The notes: generated by a model not told the origin, from the letters alone. Counted from the first letter of the stretch, positions 33,181 through 42,262 are shown. The stretch is 53,481 nucleotides of DNA from a virus (IMGVR_UViG_3300044707_000344:1-53481), one strand, 5' to 3'. Numbers and translations are program-made.

Positions 33181-34579
33181 CTCTTTCGACCGGATGAAGC
33201 AGCGTCCGCACGTGTTGGTCGTGTGTCCGCAGGCCGTGGCACCGGCATGGGGTCGAGTTCTTGTCGGGGCATCACGCGGTGAATTCACTGCGTGGCGTCA
33301 CCAGCGAGACGCAGCGGCGTGGGCAGCGGAGCGGCACGCGTCGATGCTCGCGCTTGATATGGGCACGGGCAAGACGCTCACGACGCTGCTCGCTCTCGGA
33401 ATCGACAAGCCGGGCGTCGAAGCTGTGCTGCTCCACGACGGCGAGAACAAGAAGCGTGCAGAGAGACTTCGCAACGCCCTGCTGATGGCGGCGGGCAGAA
33501 CGCTGGTGGTTGTCGTGAACTACGACAGCGTCTGGCGTGGCGAACTTGGAAAGATTATTGAAGCAACGTCGTGGGCAGCGATCGTGCTGGATGAGTCGCA
33601 CAGAATCAAATCGCCGGGAGGAAAAGCCTCGCGGTGGCTGGCAAGGATTGCGGCGAAACACGACCACGCCAAACGGCTCTGCCTCACAGGCACGCCAATG
33701 CCTCACAGCCCGCTCGACTTATACGGGCAGTTTCGGTTCCTCGATCCGAACGTATTCGGCGCAAGCTATACGAGAATGCGGGCTCGCTACGCAGAATGCG
33801 ACCCGCGGTTCCCGTCGAAGGTGCGCACGTGGCGGAACCAAGACGAACTGGCGGCGAAACTCGACGCTCATTCCTGGCGTGTTACGGCAGACGAAGTGCT
33901 CGATCTGCCCGATGCAATCCACGAAACAATCCCGGTCGAACTCAGCCCGAAGGTGTTGCGGTTCTACCGCACGTTCGAGAAAGAGATGACGGCAGAAATT
34001 GATGCCGGCACAGTCACCGCGGCAAATGCGTTGACGAAGCTCCTGCGGATGGCTCAGGCAACCGGCGGCTACGCCCGCATTGACGGCGCGGCTGGCGTGA
34101 CTGCGATCGACGGCATCCCAAGCAAGCGGCTAGCGCTGCAAGATCGGCTGGAAGATTTGTCGGCTACGGAGCCAGTGGTTGTATTCTGCCGGTTCCGCAG
34201 CGACCTCGATGATGTGGCCGCCGCGGCCCGCGAGTTAGGCCGCGAGTACGCTGAGGTGTCGGGCGAGCGGAAAGATCTCGAGCGATGGCAAGCCGGTGAC
34301 GCGGCGATTCTCGGCGTGCAGATGCAGTCGGGCGGCGTCGGGATTGACTGCTCGCGGGCGGCCTACGCCTTCTACTACAGCCTCGGCTACTCGCTAGGCG
34401 ACTACGAGCAAAGTCTGGCCCGTCTACGGCGACCGGGGCAGACGCGGTGCGTGCGGTACTACCACCTTGTGTGCCAGGGCACAGTGGACGAGCAGGTGTA
34501 CGCGGCATTGAGGGAGCGTCGAAATGTTGTCGACGCGGTGCTGCAAAAACTTTCGCCGAGGAAAGGTGCAGTGGCATGA
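33167..34579 (+). CDS. SNF2-like (SF2) helicase with rearranged N-terminal motifs
   Basis: LALDMGTGKT, LDESH, LTGTP, VVVFCRF, SGGVGID, QSLARLRRPGQ. Confidence 0.92.
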   Translation: MAWHDSFDRMKQRPHVLVVCPQAVAPAWGRVLVGASRGEFTAWRHQRDAAAWAAERHASMLALDMGTGKTLTTLLALGIDKPGVEAVLLHDGENKKRAERLRNALLMAAGRTLVVVVNYDSVWRGELGKIIEATSWAAIVLDESHRIKSPGGKASRWLARIAAKHDHAKRLCLTGTPMPHSPLDLYGQFRFLDPNVFGASYTRMRARYAECDPRFPSKVRTWRNQDELAAKLDAHSWRVTADEVLDLPDAIHETIPVELSPKVLRFYRTFEKEMTAEIDAGTVTAANALTKLLRMAQATGGYARIDGAAGVTAIDGIPSKRLALQDRLEDLSATEPVVVFCRFRSDLDDVAAAARELGREYAEVSGERKDLERWQAGDAAILGVQMQSGGVGIDCSRAAYAFYYSLGYSLGDYEQSLARLRRPGQTRCVRYYHLVCQGTVDEQVYAALRERRNVVDAVLQKLSPRKGAVA

Positions 34580-35031
34580 GTATTGAATTGGAGATCGACG
34601 GCCAGCTTGCGGACAGCCAGCAGCTTTCAAAGCTGCTAGAGCGAGTGGCCGAGTTGCAGGCCGAGAAGGAGCGGATCGCTATCGAGGCGAAGAAGGTCAA
34701 CAAGGCACTTGACGAGGCCGAGCAGATGGCAGTCGAGGTGCTGGCGGCGTCGGGCCTCGACGGCGTGCGGGCGGCTGGAAAGTCGTGGTCCACTCGCGAG
34801 TTTTTCAGCGTTAGCGTGCCGAGCGAGAACCGCGAGGCAGTTGTCGAGGCCGCGGAGGAGGCCGGGCTTAGCGACTTGATTGCGGTCAACACGACCACGC
34901 TCAAGTCGTGGCTGGTCGAGAACCGCGGCGACGGCCAGCCAGCCGAGGCGGGTTTGGCCGCCGGCACCCCATTCGAGGGGCTGATTGATGAGTACCGGGA
35001 GGTGCGGCTGTCGCACCGAACGCTGGGTTGA
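34576..35031 (+). CDS. Replication-module coiled-coil protein
   Basis: ATGA-coupled to the helicase; VNTTTLKSW. Confidence 0.7.
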   Translation: MSIELEIDGQLADSQQLSKLLERVAELQAEKERIAIEAKKVNKALDEAEQMAVEVLAASGLDGVRAAGKSWSTREFFSVSVPSENREAVVEAAEEAGLSDLIAVNTTTLKSWLVENRGDGQPAEAGLAAGTPFEGLIDEYREVRLSHRTLG

Positions 35032-35086
35032 TTGTTTGGGTACGTTCTGTTTCTATTTCTTCACTTCACGAAAGGATTGGTGGCTG

Positions 35087-35851
35087 ATGACTCCGACGGG
35101 TGAACTCATTACGGGTGCAGCGCAGAGCAAGTTTCTGGCCCTGCGTCCCGACTCGGACGTGCGTGAGGCTCTGATGGCGAACCTGGGGCCGGGTGAGACG
35201 CTGCTGGCGTCCGACCTGCCCCGCGTCTCAACGCCCGCGGCCGGCGGCAAGGTGTGGTCGTGGACGGACTCGGGGAACAACGAGCAGTCCGCGAAGAGCA
35301 TCGACGGCGTGCTCGTCTACTACGGCGTGCGGGGCACGCTGTGGGGCAGCGAGGAGCCGCAGGGCAAGGCGTCTCCGGTGCTGGTGTCCTACGACCTCAT
35401 GACCGCGGTCAGGGTCAACGAGGACATCGGCGACCTCGATGCCGACGTGCTGGAGTCGTGCCGCACTGGTGACCGCACCTACGATTGGACGAGGCTTCCG
35501 TACAACCAGTACGGCACGAGCAAGTCCGGTCGCGGCAAGCGGTGCAAGGAGTCTCGCCTGCTGGCGATCCTCCGCGGCGACGAGGCGTGGCCGCTGCTGG
35601 TGACGGCGGGGCCGGGCTCGCTGAAGACGGTGACCCCGTTCGTGAAGCGTCTGGCCGTGCCGCACTACCGTGCGATCGTGAGCCTGACGCTCGACAAGGT
35701 TGAAAACGCGGGCGGGCAGCCGTACTCGCAGATCGTCCCGAAGTTCATCGGCTCGATCACGAAGGAAGAGGGCGACATCGTGCGGCGGCTTTACACCGAG
35801 CCGCTGTCGCGTGTCGCCACGCAGATCGACGTGCCGCAGGATGCGGCGTAG
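35087..35851 (+). CDS. Putative ssDNA-binding/recombination protein
   Basis: GKRCKE.RLL, P..GSLK; located between helicase and primase. Confidence 0.55.
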   Translation: MTPTGELITGAAQSKFLALRPDSDVREALMANLGPGETLLASDLPRVSTPAAGGKVWSWTDSGNNEQSAKSIDGVLVYYGVRGTLWGSEEPQGKASPVLVSYDLMTAVRVNEDIGDLDADVLESCRTGDRTYDWTRLPYNQYGTSKSGRGKRCKESRLLAILRGDEAWPLLVTAGPGSLKTVTPFVKRLAVPHYRAIVSLTLDKVENAGGQPYSQIVPKFIGSITKEEGDIVRRLYTEPLSRVATQIDVPQDAA

Positions 35852-35876
35852 TCAGGGAAGGGCTCGTCGGTCATAC

Positions 35877-35919
35877 GCCCCCGCGCCTCGTGGAGACGCG
35901 GCGCGGGGGCTTTCCTTTC
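35877..35919 (+). terminator. Rho-independent terminator
   Basis: GCCCCCGCGCC/GGCGCGGGGGC stem followed by TTTCCTTT. Confidence 0.65.
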
Positions 35920-35943
35920 ACCGCACAAACGGAGGATCTGATC

Positions 35944-37665
35944 ATGAGCGTGGGCACGCTCGCGGCATCGTACTGCCGCCTTGGATGGCATCTAGTGCCG
36001 CTCTACGGAGTGGTCGAGCCGGAAGTCTGCACCTGCATCAAAGGCAACGACTGCGGCACGCCGGGCAAGCACCCCAGCGGCGGAACGGCGTGGCACCTGT
36101 CCGCGACGAACGACGAGGACGAGGTGCTGAGTTGGTACGAGCGCAGTCAACCTGTGAACGTCGGCCTGCTCCTCGGCCCGAAGTCTGGTGTGATCGACGT
36201 GGAACTCGACGGCGACGATGCAAAGTCGGCGTGGAACGACCTCGACCTCGGCGAGATTTGGACGCCAACTTACCAGGCAGGCCGCGGACCACATCGGCTG
36301 TTTCGCTGGCGGGAAGACCTGCCTGCCGTCGCGGTGCGGAAGGTGCTTGGCATCGAAGTTCGGATCGGCAACGGCGGCAAGGCGGCGCAGTCGGTCGTGC
36401 CGCCATCAACGCACCACACCGGCATCCGCTACGAGTGGGTGCCTGGCATGAGTCCGGACGACGTGGAACTCCAGCCGCTTCCAGAGCGGTTGCTGAACCT
36501 GCTCTGGAACGATGACGGCAGCGGGCAAACGCGGGCTATAGCAAGGTCGCCGGCCCGCGAGATGCTGCATCGGCCCGTGCAGTCGGGCGGCAGGAACAAC
36601 GAGCTGCACAGGTTCGCCGTCTCCGAGGCGTTCCGCGCGGGGCCGAACCTCGACCACGAACGGGAGCAGCAAGACCTGCTGCTCAAGATTCGGGCGGTCA
36701 ACGCGATCCAGTGCAAGCCGCCGCTCGACGATGCGGAGTGCGTGGCGATCTACCGCTCGGCCATCGGGTTCGTCCGCAAGAATCGGGCCGCGGGTGTTTC
36801 GGCAGACGCGGCGATCATCGCCGCCGAGATGGCATCGCCGCCTGCGGTCACGGCCCGCCAGCCAGGGCTGACGCCGACCGGGTGGCAACGAGTGTTTACG
36901 GAAGTCGGCTTGTCCTACGCTCCGCTGACACCGGATTCGGACAGCGACCCCGAATGGGGGCCGGGCGAGTGGGGGCTGACCATCGTGCACAGCGACCCCA
37001 TCGAGTACCGCCTGCACGTCCCGCACTGGCGGAATTACACGCCAGACCACACAGGCAACGTGACGCTGACCGTGGATCAGTACCGCTCTGCACCGAAGGT
37101 GGCGGCGCAGGTGCTGGCCGCGACGGGCCGCGTGATGCTCGACGACGACCCGAAGCGGTGGCGTCAGATTTGGGACGGCGGCTACAAGGTCCGCGACAAC
37201 GTCTCGGCTGGCGACCGGTCGACCAAGCGGAACGCCCGTGGAGTCAAGGCGAAACTCCTCGACAACGCGGGGGAGGAGTGGCCAGGAGCGTCGAGCCTGC
37301 GGTACGTGCTCCTGGCTTCGTGGCTCTACGACCGGCTAGCCCAGGCTGCCCAGCCGTCCGATGATGACATTCCCGACCCGACCGGCCGGGCAGCGTGGCG
37401 GGCAGACGGCACGTTGTGGTTCGCGTGGGGAAAAATCTGGGAAGACATCGAGCGGCAGCACCGGGTTGAGACGGGAGAGCGGCTTGCCCTCAAGAGGCGT
37501 CTGCTTGCCCGTATGGGGGCCGCAGAGGATTTCCGGCATGAGGAGCACCGGCACCTCGGCGGTGCCCGCAAATCGTACGTGGTGTGGTCTCGGAGGGAAT
37601 TCGCGGTGCTAGAAGATATGGCCGCGACACTGACGACCGCCGGGCCTGCCGACGGGACTTCCTAG
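35944..37665 (+). CDS. Bifunctional primase-polymerase (Prim-Pol) with PriCT-like domain
   Basis: CTC...CGTPGKHP, NVGLLLG, IDVELD, GRGPH, VVPPSTH, GGRNNEL, CKPPL. Confidence 0.85.
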   Translation: MSVGTLAASYCRLGWHLVPLYGVVEPEVCTCIKGNDCGTPGKHPSGGTAWHLSATNDEDEVLSWYERSQPVNVGLLLGPKSGVIDVELDGDDAKSAWNDLDLGEIWTPTYQAGRGPHRLFRWREDLPAVAVRKVLGIEVRIGNGGKAAQSVVPPSTHHTGIRYEWVPGMSPDDVELQPLPERLLNLLWNDDGSGQTRAIARSPAREMLHRPVQSGGRNNELHRFAVSEAFRAGPNLDHEREQQDLLLKIRAVNAIQCKPPLDDAECVAIYRSAIGFVRKNRAAGVSADAAIIAAEMASPPAVTARQPGLTPTGWQRVFTEVGLSYAPLTPDSDSDPEWGPGEWGLTIVHSDPIEYRLHVPHWRNYTPDHTGNVTLTVDQYRSAPKVAAQVLAATGRVMLDDDPKRWRQIWDGGYKVRDNVSAGDRSTKRNARGVKAKLLDNAGEEWPGASSLRYVLLASWLYDRLAQAAQPSDDDIPDPTGRAAWRADGTLWFAWGKIWEDIERQHRVETGERLALKRRLLARMGAAEDFRHEEHRHLGGARKSYVVWSRREFAVLEDMAATLTTAGPADGTS

Positions 37666-37808
37666 TTATATGGAAAATTTCAACACGCCCAAAACCGCTT
37701 TGCGGCGGCTCGTTTTCCCGGCAAGGTGCGTTTCGTGCCGTAAAAACAAGTGCAGAACGTGCCGGGAAAATTGCCGGGGAAACTGTTTTTGCCGCGAGAA
37801 CTTTTGGG
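37659..37808. repeat. 150-bp palindromic element, copy B (likely replication origin)
   Basis: Between primase and helicase genes; TGCCG..AAA repeats in both orientations; homologous to 28871-29020. Confidence 0.8.
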
Positions 37809-37854
37809 AACCGCGATTGTTCACCCCCCTTCTGGTTTTAGCAAGGGCAATCTA

Positions 37855-39501
37855 GTGAAGATAGCAAGACTCATCGGCGCGGCCGGCAGCGGCAAGACGA
37901 CCGAACTCCTGAAGATCATGGAGGCGGCGTTGCCTAAGTTGGGCGGCAATCCCCTTCGCCTTGGATTCGCCAGCTTCACGCGGGCCGCGCGGGCCGAGGC
38001 GGTCGGGCGGGCGGCAGCGGCGTGGAACGTCGCCCCGTCGATGCTCGACGGCGAGGGGTGGTTTCGCACCGTCCACTCGACAGCCCGCAGGTGCTTGGGG
38101 CTAGAGCCTGGGCAGCTGATCGGCAACTCCGCGGCCGACACCGAATGGATCAGCAACGCGCTCGGCGTGAAGGTTTCGACGAGTATCGACGACGACACGG
38201 GCCGGCAGAAGTTCGTCGGCGGGCAGGAGGGGGCCGCGCTCACGTGCTGGGAGCGGGCAAGAAACACGCTCCAGCCGCTCGACGAAGTCGTGCGAAAGAT
38301 GCGGCGGCTCGACGACGACGTACCAGACTACGCGGCGGTTGTTCGGATATCCGAACGGTACGAGATGGCGAAGCGGCTAGGAGATCGTCTCGACTTCTCA
38401 GACTTGCTCCTGCGGTTTTCCGGGTTCCGCCTGCATACGGTTGACGGCATCGCGAGAACGGAGCCGGAAGGCGAGCTGCCAGACGTATCCGCGTGGCTGT
38501 TCGACGAGCAGCAAGACGCCAGCCCCCTGCTCGACGCGGCCTGCAAGCGGCTTGTCTCGGCTGAGTCCGTGAAGTGGTGCTACGTCGTGGGCGATCCGTT
38601 TCAATCGATCTTCGGCTTCGCGGGGTCAAGTGCGGAGTGCTTCCTTGGTTGGCCGGCGGAGAAAGAGCGGACGATGCCAAAGTCGTATCGCTGCCCGAAG
38701 CCGATTCTTGAACTCGGCGAGCGGTGCCTGCGGCGGATGCACCGCGGCTACTTCGACCGAAAGGTGGCACCGGCCGATCACGAAGGTCGCATATTCGACT
38801 GCGAGACAGAACTTCCATTCATCCGCGCAAGGCCAGACGAGGAGTGGCTGTTTATCGCTCGCACGAATTATGAGGCGAATCGGCTCTACGCCAGCCTGCA
38901 CGCGGCAGGAAAGCCCGCGAAGTGGGTAACGCAGCAGGAGGGGGCGACGGCGCGCGGCACGGGCCTCGCCGCCCTCTACGCCTTGGAGAAAGGCCAGCAC
39001 GTCAGCGGCAGCGAGTGGGCGCGTGCGATTGAATTGTTGCCATGCACGAACAAAGACAAGGAGCCGATGCTGGACCGCGGCGCGAAGACCGGCTGGGCGA
39101 AGAAGCACTCCGACGAGTGGGACGTGATCTTCCCCGACGATCTCCCGAAGGTCGGCGCGACCGAGCCGCTCGTCGAGAAGATTCGCAGCGGCAGGTGGTG
39201 CGGCCTCGTGGACCGCGGCGAAGAGTGGCGGCGACACGCCGAGCGGTGGGGTCCGAAGCTGGTTGCCGAGACGAAGATCCGCGTCGGGACAATCCACTCG
39301 GTCAAGGGCATGGAGGCCGACAACGTAGCGCTGCTCACGACGGTCGGCAAGCGGGTCGAGCAGGGCCGCGAAGACTGCCAGGACCAGCACGATGAAGAGT
39401 GCCGGATTGCCTACGTCGGCGTGACGCGGGCACGGCGGAATCTGTACGTCGTCAACGAAGGGCGGCACGGGAAGCCGGTGCCGCGCATGGAAGTGCTGTG
39501 A
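37855..39501 (+). CDS. UvrD/Rep-like SF1 helicase
   Basis: GAAGSGKTT, FDEQQD, VGDPFQSIFGF, SYRCP, TIHSVKGME, YVGVTRAR. Confidence 0.93.
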   Translation: MKIARLIGAAGSGKTTELLKIMEAALPKLGGNPLRLGFASFTRAARAEAVGRAAAAWNVAPSMLDGEGWFRTVHSTARRCLGLEPGQLIGNSAADTEWISNALGVKVSTSIDDDTGRQKFVGGQEGAALTCWERARNTLQPLDEVVRKMRRLDDDVPDYAAVVRISERYEMAKRLGDRLDFSDLLLRFSGFRLHTVDGIARTEPEGELPDVSAWLFDEQQDASPLLDAACKRLVSAESVKWCYVVGDPFQSIFGFAGSSAECFLGWPAEKERTMPKSYRCPKPILELGERCLRRMHRGYFDRKVAPADHEGRIFDCETELPFIRARPDEEWLFIARTNYEANRLYASLHAAGKPAKWVTQQEGATARGTGLAALYALEKGQHVSGSEWARAIELLPCTNKDKEPMLDRGAKTGWAKKHSDEWDVIFPDDLPKVGATEPLVEKIRSGRWCGLVDRGEEWRRHAERWGPKLVAETKIRVGTIHSVKGMEADNVALLTTVGKRVEQGREDCQDQHDEECRIAYVGVTRARRNLYVVNEGRHGKPVPRMEVL

Positions 39502-39563
39502 TACGCGGCTGCGTCACGTTGGCGTCGCCGTGCTTTGATTGAATGGATTCAAGGAGAGCAATC

Positions 39564-40139
39564 ATGCCAAGGAAGAAGATCACGTCGAGCTCGAACAACC
39601 AGAAGTCGTTTACGGAGATTCGTCGCGTGTGGGGCGAGATCGAGGTTGTGGATTCCGACAAAGACTTGCGCGTTTTTATCCGGCCGGAAGACGTGTCGTC
39701 CGCAACGCCTAAAGACCCCGGCTGTTGCGTGTTCGCGCAAGCGTGCAAGCGGCAGTTCGCTGCGACGAAGGTCTTGTTCTGGAGAAGCGTTGCTTACGTT
39801 GAACTCCCAGGCCCAGACGGCACGCCGCGTGTCGAGCGGTTCTCGCTGTCGCCGCAAATGCGAAACCTTATCGAGAACTTTGACAAAGGGAACCCGATAC
39901 CGAACGTCGCAGGCTTTGAACTCAAGAAGCCAATCAAGTCTGAGACGCTGTCGCACAAATCAAAAAAGCAGCAGGAGTTTCAGCAGAAGCGAAAGGCCGC
40001 GCTGCTGAAAGGTTCGTACGTAAAAAAAGGCAAGCAAGGCGAAGGCGCAAACCACAATGCTCCGGCCGTGCTTGTCGATCTGCGTGTCAGGCTTGGCTCT
40101 GGCCGCGTTAGTTTCCGGAAGGAAACGACTAAATCATGA
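39564..40139 (+). CDS. Hypothetical basic protein
   Basis: AAGGAG RBS; visibly more AT-rich than its neighbours. Confidence 0.7.
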   Translation: MPRKKITSSSNNQKSFTEIRRVWGEIEVVDSDKDLRVFIRPEDVSSATPKDPGCCVFAQACKRQFAATKVLFWRSVAYVELPGPDGTPRVERFSLSPQMRNLIENFDKGNPIPNVAGFELKKPIKSETLSHKSKKQQEFQQKRKAALLKGSYVKKGKQGEGANHNAPAVLVDLRVRLGSGRVSFRKETTKS

Positions 40140-40483
40140 TCGACTTCCACCCCCACCCGGAACCGTGTTACCGCTGCGAGGCCGTCGCGTGGGATCACGT
40201 CGGCGAGTTTGTCCCACGCAGGGGCAAGCTGCAGGACGTGATCGAATGCGCGTTCTGCGGAGTGCGACTGCGGGTCGACGCCGTGCCGCGGTCGGCGACG
40301 GCTTCGCGGCCAACCGACACGGCAGAGTTCCGCTTCCAGTTCGGCAGGTTCCAGGGCATGACGTTTGCCGAGGCAGATGCCGAGCCAAATGGGCGGCGGT
40401 ATTTGGAGGTGCTGCGCGACACGAACGAGAAGCTCCGCGAACGGATCGCGGAATATCTAAGTCACGCCGCACCCTCGGCGTAG
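40136..40483 (+). CDS. Zinc-ribbon protein with FGRFQG (DUF3820-like) C-terminus
   Basis: CYRC...CAFCG; FQFGRFQGMTF. Confidence 0.65.
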   Translation: MIDFHPHPEPCYRCEAVAWDHVGEFVPRRGKLQDVIECAFCGVRLRVDAVPRSATASRPTDTAEFRFQFGRFQGMTFAEADAEPNGRRYLEVLRDTNEKLRERIAEYLSHAAPSA

Positions 40484-40568
40484 TGGCTGCTCAGAATCAT
40501 CCCAGCCACACGGGTCGCCCAGCCGGGAGTGGCGAGTAACGCCGGCCGCCAAGGATGGCTCCTATCCG

Positions 40569-40608
40569 TCGCCCCGCTGCGAACTCCGCGCAGCGGGGCG
40601 GCTTTTTG
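40569..40608 (+). terminator. Rho-independent terminator
   Basis: CGCCCCGCTGCG/CGCAGCGGGGCG stem followed by GCTTTTT. Confidence 0.7.
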
Positions 40609-40635
40609 CCTTGACAGTCCTGGTCAGGTGGCGGC

Positions 40636-41391
40636 ATGAGCGTCGCCTCTCTCGCACGGAAACCGCAGGGCCACGGCGACCTGCTTGCGCCGGACGAGAA
40701 CCCGTTCAGCACGAACAAGGTCACAGGGCACTCGCTCAACTTCCCAATCGTGGGAACCTGCACTCCGACGATTGTGTGCAGCGACACGTGCTACTTCGCC
40801 AAGGGGCCGTCGACGTGGCCCGCGAGCCTCGCCAAGCAGCACCGGCTGCTGAACTCCCTGCGGGCCGATCCGCAGCGGCTCGCCGGTCGCATCGCTGGCT
40901 GGGCGACGCGGCTGCAACTCACGTTCGTTCGTTGGTGCGGCGGCGGCGACCTTGTGGCCGAAACGCCAGCGTGCATTGACGCCGTGGCCTGCCTGCTGCC
41001 GCACGTGCCGCAGTGGGTGGTCACACGGAAGCCGGAGGTCGCAGCAACCATCCGGCCGCACCCCAGCGTCTACGTCCACTTCTCGGTAGACGGGGCATCG
41101 TGGGCAAGGCTGGAGGAGTTTCGCAGCATCGTGCCCGACGGCTTGCAATGGTTCTGGTCGTACCAGTGCGACCGTGGAGAGGTGCCGCCAGCAGCGATAG
41201 CGCCGGTCGTGTTTCGTGACGGATATGACCTTGACGGATCAGCCCCCATCGCTCAGGATTGCCCACTCAACTTGAGCGATTCGATTGTTCGGGTATGCGA
41301 ATCTTGCCGTCGCTGCTTCAACGGTGACGCCGTAGCAAAGGCAAAGGAATGCCACGCGAGTCCAACATCGTCGCGTCGATTGTTCGGGTAG
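40636..41391 (+). CDS. Gp88-like Fe-S/radical-SAM-related protein
   Basis: TC-x5-C-x3-CY, RWCGGGD, TRK, FSVD, C-terminal CP...CESCRRC. Confidence 0.65.
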   Translation: MSVASLARKPQGHGDLLAPDENPFSTNKVTGHSLNFPIVGTCTPTIVCSDTCYFAKGPSTWPASLAKQHRLLNSLRADPQRLAGRIAGWATRLQLTFVRWCGGGDLVAETPACIDAVACLLPHVPQWVVTRKPEVAATIRPHPSVYVHFSVDGASWARLEEFRSIVPDGLQWFWSYQCDRGEVPPAAIAPVVFRDGYDLDGSAPIAQDCPLNLSDSIVRVCESCRRCFNGDAVAKAKECHASPTSSRRLFG

Positions 41392-41693
41392 CCGAATCAC
41401 TGGGCTGGAAGCCCATCAAGATTCATGGCGGGCCGTACCAGCTTGCGGGCTTGCCCGACCTCCTCTGCTTGCAACGCGGGTACGCCGTGTGGCTGGAGGT
41501 CAAGCAGCCAGGCAAGAAGCCAACAGAGATTCAGCGCCGGCGCATGAACGAACTAGAGACTCGGGGAGGGACTCCGTGTCACGTCGTCACCAGCAAGGAG
41601 GAAGCGTATGCGTGTCTACGAACTCATGCGGCGAGTTTCGGTTGGCCCGTTGACGATCCGCCTGTGGATCGAAGCCGACGACGGCCTGTGTGA
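41349..41693 (+). CDS. VRR-NUC domain nuclease
   Basis: GLPDL, WLEVKQPG, TEIQ. Confidence 0.9.
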   Translation: MPRESNIVASIVRVAESLGWKPIKIHGGPYQLAGLPDLLCLQRGYAVWLEVKQPGKKPTEIQRRRMNELETRGGTPCHVVTSKEEAYACLRTHAASFGWPVDDPPVDRSRRRPV

Positions 41694-41868
41694 ACACTGC
41701 GAGGAACACGCCGACGAATTGGCGCTCTGTGCCGCAACGCTTGCCGACGAAGAAGACGATCCGATGGTGCTGGCTGAAAAACTTGCGAACACGTTGAACG
41801 GACTCAACGCGGTTGAGGTTGTTGACGCGAGCGGAAGCGGAGGTCTGGTCTATCCAGATTGGCCATGA
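41608..41868 (+). CDS. Hypothetical acidic protein
   Basis: AGGAGG RBS; NAVEV. Confidence 0.6.
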   Translation: MRVYELMRRVSVGPLTIRLWIEADDGLCEHCEEHADELALCAATLADEEDDPMVLAEKLANTLNGLNAVEVVDASGSGGLVYPDWP

Positions 41869-42023
41869 CAGTCGAACAACTTTGCTGCGTGTGTCTTGGC
41901 GTCATTGTCGAGGCGATGACATTCGTCTTCGCCCTCATGATCGGTGCGTCACTGCGAAGGAAGGAACCTTCAGATGAGACGAGGCCGCCCCCGCGAGCCA
42001 GCTGCCCCAAGTGCCCTCGATGA
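41865..42023 (+). CDS. Small membrane protein (52 aa, below the ORF track cut-off)
   Basis: ATGA overlap; MTVEQLCCVCLGVIVEAMTFVFALMIG hydrophobic stretch. Confidence 0.5.
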   Translation: MTVEQLCCVCLGVIVEAMTFVFALMIGASLRRKEPSDETRPPPRASCPKCPR

Positions 42024-42168
42024 AAGGCTTTCAATTGCTTCGCTTCGCAGCTCGCCGTGGGTTGTGAAAAGAATTAGGGAGCTTGGCTTGCAGGGAAAGC
42101 TCGTCAAGGGCTGGACGCCGCCATACGTCAAGCTCTTAGATTTCCACTTGCAGCACGTCTCCGAATGA
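41974..42168 (+). CDS. Hypothetical protein
   Basis: AAGGA RBS; overlaps upstream gene. Confidence 0.45.
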   Translation: MRRGRPREPAAPSALDERLSIASLRSSPWVVKRIRELGLQGKLVKGWTPPYVKLLDFHLQHVSE

Positions 42169-42262
42169 CAATGCTCCAGCACATCGACGCAATGCCACCT
42201 TGGCTTTGGTTTGCAAGCGTTGCAGCTCTGGCGGCCCTGCTATGCCAGGCATCAAGAGAGCC

